Positions 1 through 11,495 of a stretch of 64,000 bases of DNA are shown here, piece by piece (positions within the stretch are counted from its first letter, which is position 1; every line of letters starts with the position of its first letter). This DNA comes from Balanoglossus misakiensis (taxonomy: Eukaryota > Animalia > Hemichordata). A program made the position numbers and the translations under genes. The stretch spans positions 6,872,047 through 6,936,046 of the forward strand of contig CM082591.2 of assembly GCA_040954595.2 (NCBI GenBank), written 5' to 3'. The notes under the pieces were generated by a model, which saw nothing but the letters and a program-made list of their open reading frames with translations, ran no database searches and was not told the origin of the DNA.

Positions 1-3000
1 GAGACAAGAATCTGAGTACTACCACAGGCATTTTACCAACATGGCTGAAAGGTAAGCAGTGTCCAGTACAAACATACTGTTCTCAAACCTAAAATCTGTG
101 TACAAATCAAGTGAAATATTGTCTGGTTGTTATATTTTTTTCACATCAAATACTTACCTACAGTACTACCAGAAGGGTTTGTTCTTCATCTTACCATGGA
201 AAATTCAAATACATTTGTATACTATCGCCAATTACTGATTTTCAGTGGGTGACACTCATGATAAAAAGGGCACCATCCCATGATCTTTAGGAAGACTTTA
301 GGTGCATCTTTTCGGCCATATATAGGTGCAATAATGCCATATATAGGCATTATGTAAAATAGAGGTGCCTGAATACCTTTAACCCTTCAATCCTAGTTTC
401 CTTTTCAGAGGTCCAACCTCACCATCAAAACAATGGGGCCACTATTTGGCAAAATCAACATATATTTATTTACATCACAATTACATCTATTGTTATGCAA
501 ATTAAACTGTGCTATCAGAAATTGATTTGGAGAACACTGATAGATATAACGTGGGGAAATACATGTAAGTATGAATTTAAGACAGCAGATTCTTGATGTC
601 ATTAATTTCAGGCCAGCAACTGTTGCAGGAATGAGTTTAGATGAAGTCAAACAACAATGTAAAACCCTGGCAGTTATGTGGAAACAGTTTGCAGAGGAAA
701 TACAGAACAAGATAGTAATCATTAAGGTTAGTTCGATTTTTATACTTTCAAGTTCCAAGTCTGTCAGTTTAGCTTTTATAGGGCTCAGCTCAGTGTTTAA
801 AATGGTGTTGTATGAAACAAAATGACACTCTTTCATTACATCCAGCAATGGGTCCAGCATAATTAAGGGTAAAATCACAATGGGTCATTCATTTGGATAG
901 TCAAACCTGTCAAGATCGGCCAGTCAAGGAACTTTCCTAAACTGGCCTTTATAGACTGATGGCCTTTATACACAGGTCAATTAATGTACATGTAAACTGC
1001 ACAGGGACTGTAACATAGTGGCCACTATATAGAGGCGGCAACTAACACAGGTTTAAAGGGACAAAGTCTGTCTGTCGCTGCTCTTTTTTACATTAATTAT
1101 GTTTGATACAAGACACTGTTTATGTTAATGTACATGTGGATATATAGTGAATCAATGATCAACCACACAAAACTTCCATCCCACTTGTATGATATGAGAG
1201 TAAAAACTCGCCCAAAATGAATAAATGGTAGAGAATGATTATTCATTTTGGCGAGTTTTTTCACTCTCCTGTCTATAAGAGGGATGGAAGTTGTGTGTGG
1301 TCGAACGTTGATTCACTATATATCCACATGTAGAATAACAAACAGTGTCTTGTATCAAATATAATTCATGGAAAAAAGGGCAGCGAGAGAGAGACTTTGT
1401 CCCTTTAACTGTACCTAACTTTCTTGATGTTGAAATTACAGGGTTATCATGAGGATAGAATTGAGATGATAAAGAGGGGGAGTTCTCTGTCAACATTACC
1501 CGAAGTTTCTCTACCACCATTGCCTAAGCCACCAGCTGCATTATTCCAGAACCCAATGGTAAGTCCTTTGGCAAGTTCTTCAACAGTTTCTGATAAATCT
1601 GATGTACATTCAAATTTAAGTCAGTATGCATTTAGCTTATCAACACAACATATGTATGTGTATAGTCATCATTGTTATTGTGCCTAATTTGAATTTAAGT
1701 CCGGACTAGAATTCATTTGTCAACAATAACAACGGCTGTTACACACATACAGGCTATGTTGACAAGTGGAGTACTGGGTATATAAGCATGCTGTTTGGAG
1801 TAGAACAAGAATGCATTTGGTACACAACACGAAAATACTGAAAATAAAGCCAAAAGTTACAGCTAATGAGTTTAATATGAAACAAGATGGTGAACACCTT
1901 GTTTTCTTCTTTGTTTTCATAAAGGGTCTTCACTCACTTTAATTAATGTAGCAGATGATTGGAACGTTTGGCTGTCCATAAATACCAGTAATAATTTATG
2001 TTTTCCTTTCCAGTTGAAGAGTCTGCGCGGAATGACAGGGAACGTACCAGGGAAAGGTCTTATGTTTGGACGGCTGACGCCCACTTCACCACACACTCCA
2101 TCACCACCTCCAACAGCCACATCAGCAACGCCACCACTACCAGCACCAGCACCAGCACCACAGCAACCGTCTACCGCAGTGGTCGAGAACGGCCCAGCAG
2201 TTGCCGCTGCAGCAGTTAGTAGTAACGCAGCAACGCCACCTATAGCTGCGGCGACAACAGCGGCACCCAAAACAGCCGCAGCGGGCAGTACAGAAGTGAA
2301 CGTGGCTGCGGTTTCCCAGCCAGTGCAGCAACCTAAAATACCGCAGCAGCAGCAACCGACGCAGCAGCAACAACCGCAGCAGACGATGCTCACCCAGCAG
2401 CAACAGGAGCAACTGAACCAACAGCGGCAACTTCGACAACTGCAGCACACACAGCACCAGATGCAGCAGCAACATATGCAGCAACGCCAGCAGCAGTTTC
2501 AGATGCAGCAGCAGCAACAACCGCAGCAACATCATCAACAACAACAACAGCAGCAGCCACAAGCAGCGCCCAAGAATAGCTTTGAGAAGATTATGGTGAA
2601 GTTGATGGGAATGTATCCACTGTATAACAAGTATGTTTGTGTAGATTTTCAGTGTTTCATCTAGGGGGGGGGGGGGGGGGGGGGGAGTCACCCCTGATTG
2701 ACATGTTGGCACCCCCTAGCGATTGTCAGGGGGGTCCAGTGCCCCTTAAAATGATGTCATTCACATGTTTGAGATATTACATTCACCCCTTGCCAGAGTG
2801 GAATCCCCCCTGAAAAAAAAAATATTCTGGCAAAGGGGGACATATCCCCCTTGTTGATGCCATCCTGGATGGAACACTGAATTTACTCAGCAGGTAAAAC
2901 CTGTAATTTTGAACACACCATGGTACAACTACTAACTGAAGAATGTGCATAACACGGCCATTGAAATATGTATTCTTGTTTACGTGTAGTAGTCTGTAGG

Positions 3001-4849
3001 CTGGGCCCATTAACAAGAGGGGACATGTCATCTCGGATGACTTGTTACATCATAATTTTTATCTAAATTTCCTATGGAGCCCATTCGTCATCCTTGACAT
3101 AAACAAAATGAACAAATAAATAAATGACAAATTTCACATCGTTGAATCAGCTGGGAATCTGTTATGAAAACGGCATTGCTATATTTAATCATGTTTTTTT
3201 TTTTTTTTTCAGGATTCAGCTGACCAATTTTATAAAGGGTGTTAGGAGCTCTAATAACAATTCTCTGTCTGGGCTGTCGTTGGATCAGATCATTCAACGA
3301 GTGTCTGACCTGATCAAGAGAGAACAGAGAGCTGGTCATCTTCCCACTGCGCCCAGAGTTGCTGTGCCTGTGCCTGTGCCCAGTCAACATGCTTCAGTAG
3401 CTGCTGCTGTAAGTCATAGTCTCTGTGTTTTTTAACCCTTTCACCCCCAGTTCCTTCTTTAGAGGTCCCACCTTACCAGGCTGAATCAGTTTCAGCAATG
3501 TGCATTTTGCAGCAGAATTTGAAGAGAGACAGACAGACAGACTGACACACAGAAGGAGAGATACCTGCAAAGTAAATCTGTCTTGTGCAGAAGAATAACA
3601 ACATAGCCAATATACATCTTCACCAGTTTGCCCTCTAACAAACATAATTTGTATAAGCTTTGAGTCAATTTGAGGATTTCTAAAAATTTCTCCGACTCAG
3701 CTCTATACCTTTGCATGCAGTGCAGATAATTTTCTTGATTCACCAGTGAGTTTGTTGAGTCAATGGTGCGACATATGGACTTGGAGGGCACGCTGCATCA
3801 GACCACGTTTAGTAATGAAGACAAATTCACTTCAGTTGCCTGGAAAACTAACCAACATTTTTGTTTTACTTCTTTTTCCTGATAAAGGTGGCATCACAGC
3901 CGAATCCCCATGCGACACTCGCTTCCAGAGTAGTGAAACCAACCCCTGTCCTTGCACCTGGCGGTCCCATGCCCGCAGGCGTTCCCATTGGTCAGACACC
4001 AGGTGTGGCTGCCAACATTCCAGGTGGCGTGGCAACACCTGGCAGTGCCATGGTCGTTCAGTCACCACTCAAGACACCCCTCATAAAGGGTGTACCGGGG
4101 CAAGTGGGACGACCGCACTCGCCTTATCTGCCGGAGCCCAGTTTGAAGAATGTGGGCATCACCCTCGACGACGACGACCCATGTGTTATATGCCACGATG
4201 AAATGACAGCCAGTGGTTTGTGTATTCTGGAGTGTAGACATCGGTTCCACACAGAGGTGAGAATTAGATTTTGTTTGATTGCAATAGTAGCAGAATTAGA
4301 AACATTGTTGTTGATTTAATAATAATTTATTCTCATATAATCAAACAAATGAGAAATGGACTGAAAGAGGTTTCAACATCGCAACATCACCACTTTTGTA
4401 TGTAAGGATAACCATAGAGTAAACATGACATGGGCTGATACATTGCTTTAATTCTCGCTACCTTAAATAGGTTTTTGCTACCTAGGTTAGTGATGAAAAT
4501 TTCATATGGTTGACATATTTCAAGATGGACGACTTTTGCCATGTTTTAGAAATAGAAGTTCATAAACTAAAGTGATATTTGGTCATTCTGAAAATTTGAA
4601 ACAGAAACTAATGCCCTTATGTATGTGATTGGTTTATGCCTGCTTATTCTGAACAATTCAGTTGCACCTAGATTTTTACCTGCATTTGCATCAAATGTTA
4701 ATTGAGATCATACTTTTTTTTTTCAATTTTAGTGTATTCGCAAATGGATGAAAGAGCAGAGTACATGCCCAACATGTCGTGTGCACATTCTACTACCAGA
4801 AGATTTCCCAAGTTTGGCTCAAATAGTTGCAAATCCGAGACAGTATTAA
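1..4849 (+). CDS. 3' part of a TTC3/DZIP3/RNF214-like RING-H2 E3 ubiquitin ligase; exons <1-51, 612-726, 1442-1558, 2014-2630, 3213-3408, 3888-4256, 4733-4849
   Basis: All introns are GT-AG with consistent phases. The spliced product has a coiled segment, a Pro/Ala/Gln-rich region, the helical motif SFEKIMVKLMGMYPLYNKIQLTNFIKGVRSSNNNSLSGLSLDQIIQRV typical of this family, and a C-terminal RING-H2 CVICHDEM..LECRHRFHTECIRKWMKEQSTCPTCR. Stop TAA at 4847-4849. Confidence 0.88.
1057..1404. mobile_element. Non-autonomous DNA transposon (MITE), Kolobok-like, TTAA TSD
   Basis: TTAA|AGGGACAAAGTCT...AGACTTTGTCCCT|TTAA terminal inverted repeats. A second copy lies inverted at 6863-7209. Confidence 0.8.
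2340..2560 (+). repeat. CAG/CAA-rich poly-glutamine coding tract in the RING gene
   Basis: Encodes QQQQPTQQQQPQQ...QQQQQQQPQ. Confidence 0.85.
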
Positions 4850-5269
4850 CATTTCTTTCATTTTTTGAATATATATTGTGTTGCAGATTATTAATATTTC
4901 ATTTTTAAATTTTCATAATATTCTTATTTTAACCTTGTTACAAATTGGAATCATTTAGGTGAGCTGGTTATTTTGTTTGTTATGAGCGTATATTGTTTAA
5001 ACCAGTGGCATTTTGCCAAAGATTTGGATCATCCTCACCGAATACTACTTCTGTTCTATAACATCAAATTATGCTTTATTTCCAAACACAAACTCCTAAA
5101 AAGAAGCGAGTGAAATATTAATTGAAACGACAGCTGTTTGAGCAATGAAAGCTCTGACAGATGAAATGCATGAAAGATTAAGGTGTTCCATAGCTTTAGT
5201 TCTTTTTTAGATGTTGAGTTATTTTGTGTTTGCCAAGTTGCAAACAATAGGCAAAAAATGCTACAGAAA

Positions 5270-5490
5270 GTAGATAGGTTGCAAACAATAGATTTATGTT
5301 GCAAACAATAGACTTATGTTGGAAACAATAGATATATGTTGCAAACAATAGACTTATGTTGCAAACAATAGATTTATGTTGCAAATAATAGATATATGTT
5401 GCAAACAATAGATTTATGTTGCAAACAGATTTATGTTGGAACAATAGACATGTTGCAAACACTGAACTTATGTTGCAAATAATAGAGATA
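5270..5490 (+). repeat. 20-bp minisatellite in the 3' UTR (GCAAACAATAGATTTATGTT, about 10 copies)
   Basis: Direct tandem repeats visible. Confidence 0.9.
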
Positions 5491-6225
5491 TGTTTCTTAC
5501 TGTAGACTTATGATATTGTACTCAGCTGACGCCTAGACGTTTATCTTTATTGAATTTTTTTTTTGCTTTTTTCAGAGTTAGCATTATACCTTATTTTAAA
5601 CAGAGATTTTAAAATTATAATTTTTCCATTCTTACTTAACTTGACCTCTGGTTAGATGACACTTAGTCATTACTCACATTGATAATTGAGAAAAAAAGGA
5701 AGGGCTTTTGCAAACACCCAGTTTCCTGCAATGACAAAAATAAACATTTTAGTTTAAACAGAGACTGGACTGTCTATGGTTTAAATTCTTCTTTGCTGTC
5801 ATATCAAAAGTGTAACCTGAAGTGTATTTTGCGTACTGTAATGCAAAAGTTTATTTCCAATCCTATATTGCTTGAGCATTTGAACCAATCAAAATAAGAG
5901 TGAAGAATAGTGTGGAATGCTTCCTTGTTCGCACGGAAATTATTTTAGGTATTTTCGAGGAGTGAAATTTAGTTCGAAAAATCATTCCATGAATGATTTC
6001 TGAATACAAAAGACATGAATATTGATGAGCTCAATTGACCTCGACTGACACAGTGACCTTTGACTGCCATCTTGCATGTTATGGCAATGGCATCTCATGG
6101 TTTACCACAAGAAGGATGGACACAACAGATAGTACCTTGTGGAATACATTTTGTAGCTTGTGCACTATTTGTAGCTGATTTGGTTCAGTTTGTATTATTA
6201 TATTAACCGTTTTGTATTAACTGCA

Positions 6226-6315
6226 TAACCCTTTCACCACCATGGTTCAGTCCAAAGCCATTGTTTTCTATGGTGATATTGGACCTCTAAAGAGGGAACT
6301 GGGGTTGGAAGGGTT
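6226..6315. mobile_element. ~90-bp piggyBac-like MITE (TAACCCTT...AAGGGTTA); related fragments near 379, 3432 and 19768-19841
   Basis: CCCTT/AAGGG termini next to (T)TAA, with a shared internal GGACCTCT/AGAGGTCC core in several copies. Confidence 0.5.
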
Positions 6316-6700
6316 ACATATGCATGATGTGAAGTTCCACGTTTCTTATATTCCTTGGCCACTTTTCCAATTGCTGCAAAAGTCCAGGGCCCTCGCGGAA
6401 GAAAATGTCCAAGACGGCATCTTCTTCACCCCTGTTCAAGGTATCCAGCATGGCTATTTGGAATTGACAGACTTCAAATTTAGAATGTACTGTAGTTTTC
6501 ATTAGTGTTGTGAAGATTACTTTATATTAATGCTATTTTATGTTAGACTTGCTTTGGAATGCTGTGATTCTCTCCTATGACAAAATGATTTTTGTATAAT
6601 TATATTTTCAACTCCCATCATAGTTAATATTCTAAATATATTTTTGAATGATTTGTTGGAATATGCATCCATTTGTTAATCAAGTCCACCTTCCTGTTGC

Positions 6701-6706
6701 AATAAA
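6701..6706 (+). promoter_or_regulatory. Probable polyadenylation signal of the RING gene
   Basis: AATAAA followed by a GT/T-rich stretch, about 1.85 kb after the stop codon. Confidence 0.5.
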
Positions 6707-6862
6707 GTTGAAATTTGTTGTTAAAAGTTTCTGGGTTTGTGTTGACTATGTACCTGTTTCCTGTTTAATGCAGTGTGAGATCAAAAACATAGTCTAGTCA
6801 CAGTCTGAGTCATAAGAAACTTTCTTGCCTTCGCCAAGTAAATGTGTAAGAGTCGGGGTTAA

Positions 6863-7209
6863 AGGGACAAAGTCTCTCTCTCGCTGCCCTTTTTTCCATT
6901 AATTATATTTGATACAAGACACTGTTTGTTATTCTACATGTGGATATATAGTGAATGAACGTTCAACCACACACAACTTCCATCCCTCTTATAGACAGGA
7001 GAGTGAAAAAACTCGCCAAAATGAATAATCATTCTTTACCATTTATTCATTTTGGGCGAGTTTTTACTCTCATATCATACAAGTGGGATGGAAGTTTTGT
7101 GTGGTTGATCATTGATTCACTATATATCCACATGTACATTCACATGACCAGTGTCTTGCATCAAACATAATTAATGGAAAAGGGGCAGCTGGAGAGAGAC
7201 TTTGTCCCT
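6863..7209. mobile_element. Second (inverted) copy of the Kolobok-like MITE
   Basis: Same TIRs and TTAA TSDs. The interior is the reverse complement of 1057-1404. Confidence 0.8.
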
Positions 7210-7969
7210 TTAAGCTGTCTAAAGATATTAAAACGCATTGAGTTCATTAAATTGTGGAGTTCAGTTCTTGATTTGCTTTTGTTTTCATAATACGGGTCTC
7301 TCGAGTCGTTGTGAAACGCAAGGATTTGTGATGTATGTCATGTGGGGGCGCTCTACATTCAGTCAGATATTAGTAGGCAATCACTTGTGAAGACAGATTC
7401 CTCCTAAAGCAAAATCGGTTGAATACCCAGCTCTCTTCTTCTTCTTGTTGTTTTATTCTTAGAATGGAAGAATGGGTGGAAGGTCATGCCTTTTATCATT
7501 GAGTATTTTTTGCGTTTGTCTGCTTTTCTGAAGCTGCCATTACAACTGAATGCATTACAGTACAAGTATGGCATAATTCATGACTTTCGATATACTTTCG
7601 ATGCCCAAAAAAAATCAAAGTGTAGATTATTGGCTTACGAATACAATGAATACGCCTATAGCTACTGGTTAGGGATGGACCATTTGATTTCGGGGGGGCC
7701 TGGAGGCAACAACAAATCAGAAGGCGATGCTGGGGAACCCTCGCACATACAACAGGTCCTACAGAGAAATGCTATCCAGCGCCCCTCCATCTTTTCCATT
7801 CCCGGTCTGGCAGCAGCAAAAAGATGTTTTTTTTCTCTCAGAAGCGATCTCAGTCTGAGCTTCATGGGAATAAACTGTATGTCGGGAATAGGCTACTATT
7901 AAGTTTCCAACCCGGTTTTATCGTCACTACATGTACTGTGCAGACCATGATGACGAAAGCAGGTGTTCC

Positions 7970-8084
7970 CAATCTGAGTAAAATCAGATGTAGGGAACGG
8001 CGACGTGGTATTTTATGCTGTATTGTAGACGACAGCATAAAAAAACCACGACGCCGTTCCCTGCATCCGATTTTAATAAGATTG
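7970..8084. mobile_element. Hairpin MITE with 9-bp TSD (Mutator-like)
   Basis: Near-perfect palindrome CAATCTG..CAGATGTAGGGAACGGCGACG...; TSD AGGTGTTCC/AGGTATTCC. Other copies at 22337-22459 and 58064-58188. Confidence 0.8.
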
Positions 8085-8391
8085 AGGTATTCCAGGCCGT
8101 AAGACAAATCACAACGCTGGAAAAACAGTCACCAAAAGTTGTACATGTTACCCGCCCACAATTAATGCAACTGTCGGCGCACAGAAAGTCCAGTCGATAA
8201 ACTTTTACGCTAATAGATGTAAACTCACTCTCTCAGCAAGAGCAAAGTCTGACACCCTCATCGATGACAAAACGCAAACCGAGCTGGGTATGATCCCGTC
8301 ACACGATTCGTCCTCCAGTCAAACCTGGGCCCTAGCCCCACTCTATGTATATTTTCTTATTTTCCCCATACGATGGTTATAATTAAATTAA

Positions 8392-9691
8392 AGAGTTTAT
8401 TACACCTATCAAAAAATATTTTTCATTGTTTGACTGTAAACTAAAATTGCATTCATGATTTGAATTCTGGTGTCGTTTTTTTTTTATTCTCGTCGATGAA
8501 TAAATGTTATCCTAATAAATGTTCACCCCTTCAAAAAAATCTCTGTCTGAACGGTCCCGTTACGTGTGACGTCATTGGGGGCTCTCCTTCGCTTTTAGTC
8601 TACAATTCAACGCATCGAGAGGCGTACATGTCGTCTACTTGACTTTTATGGCGTCAACGTTAAACACGGTCAGTGACGAGGCATTTTGTTGGGAGAGTAT
8701 AAGATTCAGACAGTAGCGATGGAGAGTTTTGGGCTCTTCGTCGCTGCTTTCAAGGAAATTCCTGTCACAGCCGTATAGATTTGAACCAGCAAGGCGTGAG
8801 GTGAGGTCTCTCCTCAACCTGTTCGGGCTGGTGGGGAATCCGTCGATGTACCGAGCGAAGAAATGCCTGCAAGCGCGGGTCGAGATTCGCCAGAGTCTTC
8901 TCGAGTGGGAAATATAGATTGGTGAATAAGCATCATTTTCTGTTTGTTTGTTTTTATTTTACAATAAATATTCAGGGAGTGGTTCAGTGAAACTCAAATA
9001 TTCTCGTAGCCGATCTGCCTCCCTGATACGGAGGTCTGCGCTCGTCTGATCACCGATATATACACAAAGAACCCGGTGCGCGGCACTACGCCATGCCGAC
9101 ACGGTCCGTACTAAAACATCATTGTTGACATCTCAGTTGTGAAAAAAACGTAATGGGACGACAAATTTCATACATAAATATCACAGATAAACTCCCTGTT
9201 CACAAGCGACCGGTTACCCAAAACTGGCATAACACCGGTACAGTTCCATTCATCATTACCTTTACGGTGATGTAGTGACCTTTGGGCCGTTTTGTACGAA
9301 GCGCTCCCATTTTTCTCTCAGTCCTTTGCTTTTCGGAAATCTATGTACACTATGTACACTACGGATAGTGTTTTTACAGCCCCCGACGACGCATCGTTTG
9401 ATAATAATGATGGAAACGCGGGACTCTCGCTTTGGGCTAAGCTGTGCAACGATATCACTGTTTACATACTGGCAACGACTTCCCCCAATGACGTCATGTC
9501 ACGTGGTCTATACGCGGCAAATACGAATTGAGATTTTTTCTGAGGGACATGAATTTCGACGATTTTATTAATGAATCATTAATTATAGAAAACCACAGCC
9601 AAAATATAATGTCTTGATTTGGATAAAATGGTTATTTTACTAAATGAATCTTTTACACTCAAATGAAATAAAAATAGGTGTAATAATTCCT
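8392..9691. mobile_element. Internally deleted Kolobok-type transposon with THAP (- strand) and KolX-like (+ strand) remnants
   Basis: TTAA TSDs and TIR AG(AG/GA)..TTATTACACCTAT. Minus strand 9405-9262 reads IKRCVVGGCKN..VHRFPKSKGLREKWERFV (THAP N-terminus). Plus strand near 8700-8790 has an acidic stretch followed by QPYRFEP. Confidence 0.7.
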
Positions 9692-11495
9692 TTAAATAAA
9701 CAGTTGTACTTATTTGAGTTGTTTCGTTGTTTCGAAGAGTATAACTAGCCCTTTTTGAAATGCTTACTGCAGTAGGCTATGATCATTGAAAGTTTTCAAA
9801 CGTTGGTGACAAATGTATAACTGATATTTATTTTTATAAATAAATAATCACGCACTTGTAAGTCATTTTCTCTATACCGGCAGCCTCGCGCAGTTGGCAA
9901 AAAAGAAACGTGCGAGGTATTGGGCATGCGTAGTCGATACTTCACGTTATAAACAAGATGGCGTCGCTGTCTATTCTTCTGGACCGTCGACAAAGACGAG
10001 ACACATCTAACTACGCAACGCACTAAATAATCACAAGAAAGTCTATATTTGTAGCTGAATCGGAAGATAGAATGATCTCCTAGATGAAACCGGACTATCA
10101 AACGATTTGGCAATCATGTTGATTGGTAAGTCGCTGAAATAATTATTTGCCATTGCTTTGTTTACCAGGAACGGTTTGCCTTTGGAGCACATTTGACCTC
10201 ACCAAAGACAGAGGTACTTATGACGTTCGTCTTCACCTTTCTGTCCCGAAGTTGCAAACGATGTCTCTCAGAAAATAAAGGTGATTTGTACCCGCGATAA
10301 TCATAGTTAGGAAAGCAACCAACAACATCAACGCTGGCCATTAACAAACACGTGCCAGATAATGTATATACCAGTAATTTCTTGTCAGTGTGGATTTACA
10401 AAAGAGAAAGGCTAACTATATTGTATGCACATGGCAATTTTAATATGTAATAGGTTTGACCATTTACTCATGTGAGTAATGTTGTAAAACGTAAAGCTTC
10501 TTTATTTCATCATGTACCAGCCTCAACCATAAAAAGTATCGCCATGTTAAACCAATTCTATAACCTGGGAACTTTTAATCTAAATGCACTTGATAGAAGA
10601 AAAAAACATACACGCTTAAAATAAAATGAAGACCTAATGTGTTATTTATATTGTCAGCCTCTTTCCAAATTAATATTCGTATCATAAACACACACAGACT
10701 TATAATGTGCCTTAATGTATACCTTCTTCATGAGTACATGTATACTGATTTGTACTATACAAGCTTACATAATTGTTAACCCAAGTATTAACTTAACCTC
10801 ATGACCTTTTCACTTGATACAGAATAGGGAAGAAAATACCTGAAATTCATATTTAAACTGTGTTTCCCACATTGCATGATGGCAATGATGGTACAAAATG
10901 ATGTATGTTTCTATACATCTGAAGACATGGCCGATGAAATCCATTTGTCTTGAATTCAACTGATAATACAACAGCGTGACATCACACATGGTTCAAGATA
11001 ATACAGGGTTTCTGATTGGTTCAAGCAGACACCATCAACCAATCAACTTGAACTTGTATCGTTCAGTAATACAAATTTACATAGTCGTAAACTACAGTTA
11101 TCCCTTTTACGGCAACAGCTGTTAAACTGAGATACGTTGGTTTGTGGAGCCGGAAAAACGCCCTGGCTTGCGAGAATGCGACTACTTTTAAAAGAAAACA
11201 TAACCCTTTGTCTCATAATTCATGGTTGGTCGTTATCAGTTGATGAAAAATGTAATTACAGTGCTGAATCATTGCTTTGGTACTTGTACGTTGTAAATGA
11301 CAAACATCTACGTTCAAGACTTAATGTGGGTATGGATAGCCTGGAAGAGAAATAAGTTAGAGAGGTAAGCATTCATAGACCATTTTATGATTTACTGTTA
11401 CAGAGGCATCAGTAATGTGTTCTAATGCCTAACAAGACCACAGCTAGGGAGAGAAATGTTGAAGAAGTTTACGCTATGATTGTTGCTATAGTTAC

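Noticed and set aside
2663-2686. Poly-G tract as a functional G-quadruplex
   Set aside because: It is an intronic homopolymer within a repeat-like segment, and its length is unreliable.
1917-2712. Cys-rich and Leu-rich minus-strand ORFs
   Set aside because: They are antisense shadows of the poly-Q exon.
9796-10860. Candidate terminal exons of the His/Pro-rich gene
   Set aside because: Several AG acceptors are possible, but none gives a convincing continuation.
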